This document shows, piece after piece, positions 14,201 through 29,300 of a DNA stretch of 64,000 nt. Under the pieces are notes generated by a model. The model saw nothing but the letters and a program-made list of their open reading frames with translations. It had not been told where the DNA came from and searched no databases. The stretch is from contig JAQGDQ010000160.1 of the NCBI GenBank assembly GCA_030141605.1, positions 372,001 through 436,000 of the forward strand, given 5' to 3'. Numbering within the stretch: the stretch's first letter is position 1; each line of letters starts with the position of its first letter. The stretch is from Tubiluchus corallicola. Its lineage: Eukaryota; Animalia; Priapulida. The translations under genes and the position numbers were made by a program.

Positions 14201-17200
14201 GATAGGTCTCATTTCATAATCAAATCAAATGGGATATGATGTCTGTCCAGATGATCTCTAATATGATGATTTACTACTGTTCCGTGTTGGCAATGCATTT
14301 TAGCGAAACTGATCTGTAACTGGAAGGAAGACATCTATTTCATTTTTTATATATGGTGGATTATTAAGGCATGGTTCCAATATTTCAAATTTTGAAAAAT
14401 TTTACCTAATATATGAACAGACTGTGCAGACGCTTCTGTTAATAACCTTACAGAAACATTATCATGACTCGAAAATTCATTAATATCTAACTTATTTACT
14501 AGTGCTGACATCAGTTTTGAGGCCAAAATTAATTCCACCAGCGGTTTGCAGTTTAGGTGGTTCCTAGAGATTAATACATTAATTATATTGAGTCAAGCCC
14601 ATTGTTGTTAGTTGAGCTGTGTGCCATAACCCAAAACAACAAACAAGGTAATGATTAATATTGCAGTTTATTCCAATAAATTGTTATAAACCTATACAGT
14701 CATAACTCAATTCACACAGCAATAGCAATACTATCAAAGTGTTATAAAACATCCATTCTACCATTGCAATTTGAGGTTAGCAAATTTCTTTAACAGTCCT
14801 GTAAAATTGAGGAAGCAATCCACCCCACCCCCAAAATACTGTTATTGTTGAAGATAACCTCCTTAAGTTTTTCAAAAGGAATTCTTCCCATCACACTTAC
14901 TGTATTGCCTCTTTGCAAAGCAATGGATACATGTTGGAATAAAAAACTTGTTGATCTAACCTCCTCCGTCGCCAGCTAGATGAGGCTGCCCAATGCGCTA
15001 AGGAATTTATACCCTTCAATGCCAAAGGTTCAACAGCAATCGGTTATTGATACTGAAGTTAAAACTCAACTGTAAATGCCAATTCCCCGCTAACTTCAGA
15101 AAATAGAGCCTTTATTACTTTCTTTTATCATTTACCATTACTGTCGAAGGATTGAGGTTAAGCTGATAAATAGCTTCAGCTGCTCTCTTCTGGAATTGTA
15201 AAAATGCCATCTAGTACCATGATATGTCTGAGATGTGAGATGGCAACATTTTGCTAGCATCAATGTGATCAAAACCTTTTAAGATGCAGACGGTTTGGAT
15301 CTTATCCAAGGACCTTATCCAAAGAAATAAGCTCCTAGATGGTAACTATCTATAAATTAAATGGTCCTCGCTCATATGCCTTTTGAAACTGGCAAACTAA
15401 TGAAGCATTAATGATTGATGATGAAAGATGATTCCGTGGTTGAATTACACGATGCCCAAAGAAGTGTGATCTGATGTTGGTTCTAGCCGGTTGCACAATT
15501 AACATAGACTTATGACCACGAAGAACTCTGGAGGCCTGAAAAAAGCCCAGTATTTCCCCTAATTATTTTGAAGCAGTTAACAAGGTCTACAGTCTGACGC
15601 CTTTGCTCGAGAGTAGGGGTCATCAAAGGGGGATCCAAATCAATAGCAAGACGAGTACATCCACCCTGAGTTCTCTCGAGAGCATTCTTGAGTAGCATAC
15701 TGGGGTGAACATACAAGCGACGCATATTCCAGAATAGGTTGAACAATAGCTTTATAGACATAGACATAGAACATTTATTTTCTCCATTTGTTTGACATGA
15801 CAAGTTTTTTTAAATATTACTTAATTATAGTAGTGGAGCAGGGCAGGGAAGGACCATAGGGTCATCTAGTCTCCTGCCCTGTCTTATAATTAAATTAGTA
15901 TATTAAAAGTAAATGGTGAGACTGCGGATAACAAAATCAAATAGGAAAGAAATAATAATATTAAACAGTATAAATGAAAACAAAGTATAAATGAAAACAG
16001 TATAAGTGAAAACAAAAAATAATAAAGTTAGATGACACCTAAATCTAAACAAAACAATACAATTAATACAAGTAATTATGATTATTACATATATTTTCAA
16101 ATAGGGGCCTTAATGACAGGGAATTTTGACTGTATGGAGAGATAAAATAAGTATCAAAAAAGTGTAATATAGAAAATTTAAGAGAAAAGTTAGTATAAGA
16201 AAGAGCAACAATTACTTAGGAGATGAGAAAAAAAAACACTTGATAGCTTGCTTATTAGTCTTACAAGTTATGTATTACAGGTATATTCATTTAGTAAGAA
16301 TTTTCTGTATTTTTTGGAAGCAGAAAATAAGCTACCTCCAAAGGTATCTTTTGGCAACGAGTTCCATAATTTAACTCCTCGTGATTTTAAGCTATTGAAA
16401 CCATGTCGGGTAAAAAATCTCTCCACAAAATACTGTTCATTAGAAGCAGCTCTTGTGGAGTAGGAATGTATATCAGAAACATTAGTGAAATATTCACTAA
16501 AAAGTTCGGGTAATAAACCAGCATTGAATTTATACATAAATTTGAACAACTCAAGATTGTAAATATCTCTTACTTTTAAAATTTCTAATTTTACGAACGA
16601 TGGTGTAGCATGATCATATTTGCGAGCAAAAGTTATTAGTTTTACTATTTTGTTTTGTTGTGTCTGTATTAATTTTTGAATTGATGCAAAAGCCGTACCC
16701 CATGTTAAGATGGAATATTGTAAATAAGGGAAAACTAACGAATTATATAGAAGTTTCAGAATATATTGGTCAACGTAGTGCCTTACTTTTAAAATTATTC
16801 CAGTAATTCGACTTAATTTGTATGTTATGTGTTTTATATGTGGTTCCCATGTTAATTTATTATCAATGAGTAGGCCCAAGTATTTGATGTTGTCTGTTTC
16901 TTCAATTTTGTGTTTGTTTATTATAATATGAAATTTTGGATTATTAGCATTGTTAATTTGCTTATTGTTGATTATCATAAATTTGGTTTTTTTGTAGTTA
17001 ATTGATAGCTGGTTTGCCCTCATCCACAGGTCTATTTTTTTCATTTCGTCATTAACAGATTTTTGCAAATTATTTATATTGGAGTCAGACATGAACAAAT
17101 TAGTGTCATCGGCAAATATTCGGGTTCGAAAGTTGCTGCATGTGGGAAGATCGTTAATATAAATTAAGAATAGAAGAGGTCCTAAATTAGAGCCTTGTGG

Positions 17201-17769
17201 CACTCCACACGATATGTGTTTATAGTCTGATGATACATTGTTAATAGATATGAATTGTTTTCTGTTAGTTAGATATGACTGAATTAGTTGCAAAGGTAGA
17301 CCTCTGATGCCATAATGGTTTAATTTGGCTATTAGTATACTATGCTGTACGGTATCAAAAGCTTTTGATAAGTCTAAAAATATTCCGCAATTCAGTAATT
17401 TTTTGTCAGTGTCTAGAGAGATCGTGTCAATTAATTCGGATACAGCAAGGGCGAGAGGAGTAATTAATGCTGCATTTAAATTATATTTATTTACTATATT
17501 TTGCAGTTTAGTACTACCTTGCACGACAGCAGTCTTGCTGGCGTTCGTGTGGCTGACCTACCAAATCGACATAACTTCAATATGCATATCTTTTTGTTGC
17601 ACATTAAGTACACAAAAACACATCTACTGAAATACCACATATTACATTTCAAAAATACGTTTTTATGATGGGAAGCAATGATGCATCGCTTGATCACTGA
17701 TCAGTGCTGTTTGCTCTGTTGCTGCTGCTACCTTACACTACATTTTAACATTTCACAGAACGCTGCCAT
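8246..17769 (-). CDS. GATC: Glutamyl-tRNA(Gln) amidotransferase subunit C, mitochondrial
   Basis: Exons 17769-17732 ([12 protein letters not shown]; least certain), 17626-17518 (...[19 protein letters not shown], presequence-like), 12827-12777 ([17 protein letters not shown]), 11564-11395 (...[46 protein letters not shown]), 8429-8246 ([40 protein letters not shown]...*). Phases are compatible and the motifs are those of animal GatC. Confidence 0.92.
9398..9876. mobile_element. Non-autonomous DNA transposon (MITE) with TIRs and TSD
   Basis: Termini CAGGGTTCC (9398) and GGAACCCTG (ending 9876), flanked by the direct repeat TAACTT (9392-9397 and 9877-9882). Several subterminal TTTCCCTGAC/TTTCCATGAC copies near both ends. 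Confidence 0.85.
13330..14200 (-). mobile_element. Decayed CR1-like LINE reverse transcriptase fragment
   Basis: Minus-strand translation with stops and frameshifts includes [36 protein letters not shown] and [16 protein letters not shown], typical of LINE ORF2 C-terminal motifs. Boundaries approximate. Confidence 0.75.
15545..15750 (-). mobile_element. Short decayed CR1-like LINE 3' fragment
   Basis: Translation [13 protein letters not shown]...[21 protein letters not shown] resembles the LERVQRRATRL...LEQRRLRGDLI.TFKI motif of CR1 ORF2. Confidence 0.55.
15754..17460 (-). mobile_element. Young 5'-truncated non-LTR retrotransposon (CR1/L2 group) in GATC intron 2
   Basis: Uninterrupted RT ORF to the stop at 16268, with [35 protein letters not shown] and KYLG motifs. 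The 3' UTR has a stem-loop (15839-15881), AATAAA (15779-15774) and a TCTATG-repeat tail. No endonuclease domain. Confidence 0.93.
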
Positions 17770-20525
<2,756 letters not shown>

Positions 20526-23339
20526 CATAAGGAGTGGGAAATCCAGTGCTGGCTTGTCGACACCGTTTTTGATTCTTAATGTGAACTTCATCTTGCTGAC
20601 ACTGTCTTTGATTCATAATATGAATTTTATTGTAAAATTGTATATATCTGTTACTTGCAATGTTTATATTTTGACACGCAAATATTAGTTTGGAGGATGT
20701 TCCACTTATTATGTTTGTGGTGATCCTTGAAGAGCTTCATGTGCATGTGATGCCATGAGTGCAATTAAATTTAGGTAGTTTAAATAATGTGTTGAAATTT
20801 AATTATATGTGAAATAAGTAACTCGATAACTGGTATTGGATTTGTTTCCATCAGGTGCTGTCAATAAGTGTAAGATAATTTAAAACTAATTTTATGTGTA
20901 AATCAATAGATGTTTAGATTGATTTTTATAGTTAACTACAGTTTTTAGATACTTAATATATTTGTGAGGTGAAAATGGTATATTATCAATAGTTAGGCTT
21001 TATCATCTAACAAAGAGAATTTGCAATGTTAAATGATGTTTTACCTCTTGTTATATACTTTTTTTGCTACTCTTAAAACACAGTTTGGTTTTGTCACGAG
21101 TAACCAAGTAACATAAAAAAATGCACATGTGGTTTTAAAAAAAGCACCAAATATCAAGGATTAAACATCAATTTTTATTTTGCACACATTGATATTAAAT
21201 TACCTGAATAATAATTATATACAAGCACTTTAAACCTACATGTCATTTTAAACCAGAGGCTAAGTTTGAGAGATAATTAATACAAGGTTTCGTTTTTGAA
21301 AAAAAGGCTGTAGGCTTGCAGCATATTTGTACTTTGTATAAACTATAATCATATATTTGATATCGCTTATTTTGCCAAACAATCCATTATTAAAATCACA
21401 GTGGCTCGGTAAAATAAAAATGGGGCACGAAATGTCACTGTAGCCACGGTTGAGTGCTGTTGTTTACAAGACATTTCACTACTGAGCAAATACAAGTATG
21501 GAAGTTTGTTAAAATATGTATGTATAAATCTACAAGACAACATCACGAAGGGCATGGTGAAAAACTATACAACATAATAAAAAAGTCATAACATACAATC
21601 ACTATATATAATACAAATGTACAACATGTTTTTGGTAATACAATTAGCTCACAATTTGGGGGAGAAAGCTGCAAGGTGCTAATTTACCACATTTACATTA
21701 AAAGAGCATTATCGCTAATCTAAGTGGAAGTGTTCGAGACACCAAGAAATACAACTTAAATATGATTATAATAACTTTTCTATGCTTCAAGAACATGATT
21801 GCAATCATTCAAATTAACAAAAAAAATTAGTCCAATAAACTGATGTGTGATGTATACAATAAGTTTAAAACTTGTCAGTGTCCTCCTGTTTTGCAGTACA
21901 TTAAAAACAAAACTACTTAAAAACTATTGCTTTAAATCCTACATCCCAAAAGGAGTACAGCTGAATAAAATAAATCTTTTATAGATTTACAGTATCTCCA
22001 AAGCTAATGGCTGCACAATATAACTAAACAAAAAGTGCGTATAAAATGACTAGCATGATTCACTGGATGACTATTAGTTTAAAACGAAATTTCTTTGTAA
22101 TGCTACTTTTTATCTATCCGATTTAATCAACTAGATACAGTTATCAAATGATTATTAATCTGTTAAACCTATCGAGGCATTTTTTTCTAATTTAACATTT
22201 ATGTTGCTCAAAAATTTTAACTTGATTTATATTAAAATAGTAGGTTTATTCAAAGGGAATAGCATTGTGGCCACAAAATGTGCATGACTGAACTGAAGCA
22301 CTATCGAGCATGATCAGTAAACGGATGAGTGATCATCAGGAAAATGACTTCTGAGCAGCTTCATCTGCAACAATGCCTCCAGCTATTAACCCTATTAAGG
22401 AAGGTTCTGTAAGTGCAAGAGAAAGCTAAGACATATCGTCAATTCAGTGCCTCACCTAAGGTAGCTAAGTTACTTCCAGTCCTGCCACAATCATCTACAT
22501 TAAGGAAACCGTGTACCGAGTGTGCTGGATTCCACTTTGCAAAGTACCAAAATTCATAAATGTTTATATTGCATTTGTAAGCACCACCTAAAATACGGTA
22601 CACATTTAACTCATTTTTGGAACATAAGTCAGTTATAATAACAGCTCATACTAATTTTAGATTAAAACCGAGTGCACAATCATCAGGTACATTTTGATAA
22701 CTGCTTTTCTTCAGTAGTTTGAATATTACATGTTGATATAAACTTAAAATGTAGAGAGACACGATTAACATCTTTATCACGTACCTAGTGAATATACTTC
22801 AGAACTAAGAAAACTGACAAAAATTCACATCTGTACACTATACATGCATAAAAACAAAAGGCAAGCTAACGCTAATGTTAAAAAATTGTGAACAAGAAAT
22901 ATGTTACAGCTCATTCTTGGTCACTATCATAATGTGATCGTTTCGTTCATTTTATTTGTGTCACATTCAGCTAATATTCACACATATACATGTAGAAAAA
23001 TCAAATTGTGATAAAACTGGAAATCGACCTTAAACTAGATCGAAATTTCGGAGTAAGCTTTTTCTTATCTATCACTAATTCACAATGGGCGAAATATCAC
23101 AAACAAAAGAATATTTGAATGCATAAAAGTACGGCAAACATCAATTTCTTAACAACAGTCGAATATTACAAGCAGAATTTTTAAAATATTCAAAGTTGTG
23201 CAATGTTAACTGTCCATACGAAGAATAATCTTAGACAACCAATGGCTGAACATTACTTGTACGGAACTTACAGGCAAGCTACAGTGCCATTTGGCAGAAC
23301 ACATTGAGAAACAAAAAATTCATTTCTAGTGTTTTGCTG

Positions 23340-26300
23340 TCATACACTCATAAATTTGGCAGGATTCGGTGTCGTCATGAAAGGTTCACTCCACATCCTA
23401 CGCAAATCACCCTACGAAAGAGAACAATAAAAAAATCAGAAGTAAGTGGATGACTTTGAAAAGGACAGAATTATAGTACTACAGCAGCACTGTCATTCAC
23501 AAAAATGAACGAAACTTTTGACAAGGATGATCTACTCTTAAAAAAACATAGTCTATTTTTAATTTCCCTGCTACAGAAAAAAAAAGAGTATTTGCCAAAA
23601 TAACGAAATTTTGCTGTAAGAATGGTTAACTACCTTCATATATGCCATTAGAAGAAGGGGCAACAGTGTAAATGGAACAAGATACAACAATGCTGGCTGT
23701 GCTGCTTTGAACACTTCCGATGATATCGTTGCAGTGAGTAAACCTAAGCCACAAAAAAACTACATTAGCAAAGACAAGAATAGATAATAATTATTGTCAC
23801 CTGTCTAGAAATATTAATAGATTTGCAGTTAATTCTTGCCTAAGGATGGGAGCAGATAGCTAAGTATTTTATCAAGCTATATCACTTTGCCTTACAGGCA
23901 CTAAAACTGTTATCTTCTTCTGTGACTAAATATTTATGTATCCACTGTGTTTACTTGCTTACAACACATGTTAGTCATGAAAATGTAAAGTTTTTCAAAT
24001 TGTCATTGAAGATTTTATTTAATTACTTAATTAGCAATGCATAAAAAGTGCAGCAATTTTGTAGTTTCAATGTTATGAACATAACAACCAATGAATTCAG
24101 TAACTGGTAATAATGTTATATACCTAAGAAATAACCAATCAACGAGCAGTGGAAATATGTGACCTTCATGAGATTACTAGCAGGTGGCGGTAGCCCTGTT
24201 TCGGCTGATGTCAACTGCGCTCGTTTGTATGCATCATAACGGAGAACAAAACACAAGAGCAATCCAGGCATTACAATATCACCAAGACCAAGCATAGAGA
24301 AGTGTCCCACATTATGTACACTGCAAGCAACAATTATTACATTAATATCAAAAATACATGACACAAAATACAGATATATTTTGATATCTTGTCCTAGTCT
24401 GCATTCATGTAGCTAGTACATTCTACTGTACACTAATGTGTACTAAATTTATTAAAATTTTGCGTGAAAAGTGTAGCAGTATTGTAGTTGTGAAATAACT
24501 TAGAGCTTCTGTTTGCAGCACTGAGCAAAGAACTTTCGCTCCATTGGTAACAGACATGCTAAGACAAGAATGGATTTCATATCGTTCAACAATACTGATA
24601 CATGTCTGCGTGATAATGATAGGAATGGCTTATAAGGCAGCTATACCATTGATTTTTAGGGCAACAGCTTTCCAATCTGAGACAAATAATGTAAATTTCC
24701 TGTAAAACTTCTATGTACCTCAGTCATATTAACTGCTACTCACATTTATGAAAAGATAACACAGTGTGTCTCCCAAATGGAAAGGATGTAACACCACCAT
24801 TATACATGCAAAGATTTACACACATACAATGTATGGCTAACGCAAAGATTCTAATATGGTGCACCCGCTGAAACGTGACAGGTTTCAAATAAACTCGTCA
24901 AGGTACAAGAAGGTAACCCAAGGCATTACGAGAAATGAATTTTAAGTTTATTATTACCTAGGAAAAACTAGTTTCCCTGGCAAAGACAGCTTTGGTGCTT
25001 CTTTAGCTACTCCTGTTAAATGAAGTCGTTTTGCCATGGCACTAACCTGCAAACAACAAGAACTTGCACAATTTAGTTACATTCCACTAGATTCAATGTT
25101 AAAAGTACTTTGGCTACATAATACTGTGTTAAATGCCAATAGGATACCACTAAAAAGTAAAAACTAGAGAACAATGTCAGCTTTGTTAAAACATGTTTTT
25201 CACGTAGATTTGACAATATCTATGGAGTGTAAAATGAACAATGAATTGTAAAGTTAATAGGCAGATATACATACTGGGTTATCTGCTGGTCTGGTTGCTA
25301 CTTTAACCATCACATTAGCATTGAATATGTAGGAAGAGAAGAAAACCTAAAATGAAAACCAAAATGTCAGCAATTATCAATCTGCAATGTTTCTTTTTTT
25401 CTCATGGCTTGCAATGCAGTTTGTATAATAAACTGGGCTTTACAATATTAAGTTGGCAGTTATAAAAGCATTACAGTTTGTCAGAACAAGCCAGTCATCT
25501 TGTCAATAATGTATATTTTCCCAAAGAAAACTGAAAAACAGCATTCTAAAATAAAGTTTGGAAAATTTGTCAGGTATTATAAACAGTTTCCCAATTTCCA
25601 AGAAAACTGGAAAGTCGAAGACGAGCTATCGTATTAATAAAAATACAGTAATCGCCACTTAAATAAAAACATAGATAATAAAACGTGCTGCATTTTAGAA
25701 CCATTTAGGCACGGCTTGGAATTACCCCATGTTTAATTCTATGCATAAGCCTGTAGTTTTTGTATGTAATGTGTTACATTATGTCAGGTAAACAGAAGCG
25801 TACAGAGTTACATGCGCAAGAGAAATTAGAGTTGTTAAATAAATTTAAAGGGCTGCAACCCTATATAGCCAGCAGAAAGTGGCTAAGACTTTAGGGGTGT
25901 CTCGCAAAAGATTGCCTTTGCTACAAAAATGAACGATAAAACTAATTACATGTAGCCAAAATTGGCAGCTAATTAATAAGCCTGTTTTTACAAAAAGGAT
26001 GTTAGCAATAAAGGTGAGGCAAGGGAACAACTTGCACATATGCGTGCGGCATATCCTTTATTTTGCTAAATACACACATTTCCCAAAGGCTGCTGCAAAA
26101 TAAAAGTGTCGTTTATTAAGCTACTTGTGGTTGGTTCCTTGGCGGTTTTATTAGGAAGCAGCTACTGTATCTGCAAAATATGGCTGCTGTACATGATAAT
26201 CTTGAAATCATGTGAACTCTTTTTAAAAGCGACACATTATGTTTCCACAAAAAAACTCCAGGAAAATTTCAAAGTGTTTCCTGTGCTATTTCCAGTGTCC

Positions 26301-29300
26301 TGTAAGATTGTTACCACTACCAAAAATTCAAAATGAAAAATAGAGTGTCCCACCGTCCACAAAAGTAATTAAACAAAATTACATTTAATAAATAACTTAC
26401 CCAGAATACATCATAAATGAGTAATCCTGTCAGTAGCAATGTTGAAACCTTTAGGCTTGGCAAACGCACAAATGCAATAAATGCAACACACAAGCCCATG
26501 CCAAGTGCTGTAATAGTAAAACATATTAACAATTAAGTTTATATAACAACAATGATGTATATGGAAACTGTCCTTTCACAATCGTCAACATATAAGTTCA
26601 CAGCAATTGATATTCTTATTAATAGTTTTCCAGCATCAGCATGGGCCAATTCAATGTCAGCAACATATAGGTCACCTAGCAGGCCTTTACAAGGCTAAAC
26701 AAAGAACATTTTCGAAAAGAGATTTTGTAAAGTAAATGACAAAAGCAGCCAAATTCAACATAGTGTTTTTTAAAAGTACTTTTCTATAATTACTTTTTAA
26801 AACAAGTAATCTGTCTTTAGGCAACAGCTGATTTTTTGTATTTTAACGAGATTTGAGAGAAGAGCAGTTTGCAAACTTTACAAAAAACTTAATTGCCTAT
26901 GGCTCTACTCATCTTACAGGCGTGTTTTATTTAGATCTTTAGATAGTGGGAAACTAACACTCTTTGAGTGTTATTCTGTAAGGTAAGCTCTTGAACATTA
27001 TTTATGGCATTGTACATAGCACTCAGTTCCACGGATCAAACCTCACACAGCATGAAAATTGATGTTTATCATGTTTTGCATTAAAATGACTCTACTTTTT
27101 TACCTTGAGAGAATTATGCCTTAAGAAATGCATGTTACAAAATGTAAGCATAACATTAAAGAGTTAAATTCCAAGTAATACCAAAGTTACAACACTGCAA
27201 TAACTACACAGAAAGTTGACATTTAAACAAATAAAGCTCACCGTCCATAAGTAGCCAATGGCCAGTTAACACCCAACATCCAACAATCACTATTGAAAGA
27301 CTCACGGCAACAATCTCAGCAGAAGTAAATCTGCCGCAACAACCAAAAGAGATCCTGCAAAAACAAGAGAGGAATTACAACAAAAATGATGCTATAAAGT
27401 TGCAATAAACAAACACAAATTTTCTCGAATGTTCCTTTAAACAAATTACTGGCACAAATCAAACAATTAAGAACAATGAGAACACATACTAGAAAACATT
27501 AACGACCATTTAAATGTGCATTAATTGTAATGTCTTAACAATTGATAAGAAACAAGTATGTACTTACTTAGTACCATCTGAACATGGTACTTTTTTAAAA
27601 CAAGTAATCTGTCTTTAGGCAACAGCTGATTTTTTGTATTTTAACGAGATTTGAGAGAAGAGCAGTTTGCAAACTTTACAAAAAACTTAATTGCCTATGG
27701 CTCTACTCATCTTACAGGCGTGTTTTATTTAGATCTTTAGATAGTGGGAAACTAACACTCTTTGAGTGTTATTCTGTAAGGTAAGCTCTTGAACATTATT
27801 TATGGCATTGTACATAGCACTCAGTTCCACGGATCAAACCTCACACAGCATGAAAATTGATGTTTATCATGTTTTGCATTAAAATGACTCTACTTTTTTA
27901 CCTTGAGAGAATTATGCCTTAAGAAATGCATGTTACAAAATGTAAGCATAACATTAAAGAGTTAAATTCCAAGTAATACCAAAGTTACAACACTGCAATA
28001 ACTACACAGAAAGTTGACATTTAAACAAATAAAGCTCACCGTCCATAAGTAGCCAATGGCCAGTTAACACCCAACATCCAACAATCACTATTGAAAGACT
28101 CACGGCAACAATCTCAGCAGAAGTAAATCTGCCGCAACAACCAAAAGAGATCCTGCAAAAACAAGAGAGGAATTACAACAAAAATGATGCTATAAAGTTG
28201 CAATAAACAAACACAAATTTTCTCGAATGTTCCTTTAAACAAATTACTGGCACAAATCAAACAATTAAGAACAATGAGAACACATACTAGAAAACATTAA
28301 CGACCATTTAAATGTGCATTAATTGTAATGTCTTAACAATTGATAAGAAACAAGTATGTACTTACTTAGTACCATCTGAACATGGTCGAATTAAATACTG
28401 ACACATTGGCAGCAGTAGAAATGCAAATGCTACTGTAGCTATTACTGAAATAAAGCAAAAATTTCATTAAAGCCACTGATGAAGTGCAATATTTAACGAA
28501 GTTTGTGGTGCTACATCAAATGATAATGCAAGTGTTTAATTTTTACAAAAATACATGTTTTTATTTTACTCATTCGAGGCGTAAGGCAAAACCTGTCATA
28601 ATATTACTATTCAGCATGGATAAAAACGGAAAAAATGGCTATTTTTACTCAAAACTTTGGCCCTGAAACCAGAAATCATGCAAGCTTAAATGCTCCACAT
28701 AAGACACTATGTATAACCCAGTCTCCTTTTATTAAGTGAGCAGCACAAAAATTTAATTACAATTATTATGAAAATTTCTTATAAATATGATTTATAAGCT
28801 GCTTTTGTCATGAAAATGCTGGCACTACCTTTCATCAAAAAAGCTATTTTTAATGCTTTGAAAAAATACTTACATGCTGTACATGTTGCAAACACAGTTT
28901 GCATGGAGTCAAAGAAGAAGAACATTACTAGCAGTGAGATGGAAGCTCCAACAGGCAAAAACATGGCTTGAGTAGAATCAATCGTTTGCACACCTGAATG
29001 AAGAAAACAATCATTACCTCAATTGCACTTCAGACATGTAACACTTACAGCATCATTTTTTTGCAAAGCACGAAGACGCACCACAAAAAGAGAAAAATGC
29101 TCAATAACCTGATACACAATACACCTGCAATTTCCATTACTGATGCGAAAATTCGCTTAACTGTACAGACATTACGATCTTTTTAATAAGCTGCAACAGT
29201 ATGCACTGTAATGTATGTTTAAAACCAAATGAAAGAATGCATCGTTTGGAGATACCAAGTTAATGCCAATCCACAGTTCCATGAACACTATAGGTTAACA

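Noticed and set aside
17460-17524. N-terminus MQGSTKLQ... of the 418-aa RT ORF as a real start or a GATC-RT fusion
   Set aside because: The start is a GTG inside GATC exon 2 in a different frame, and RT similarity begins only near 17460. It is a chance extension across the insertion junction.
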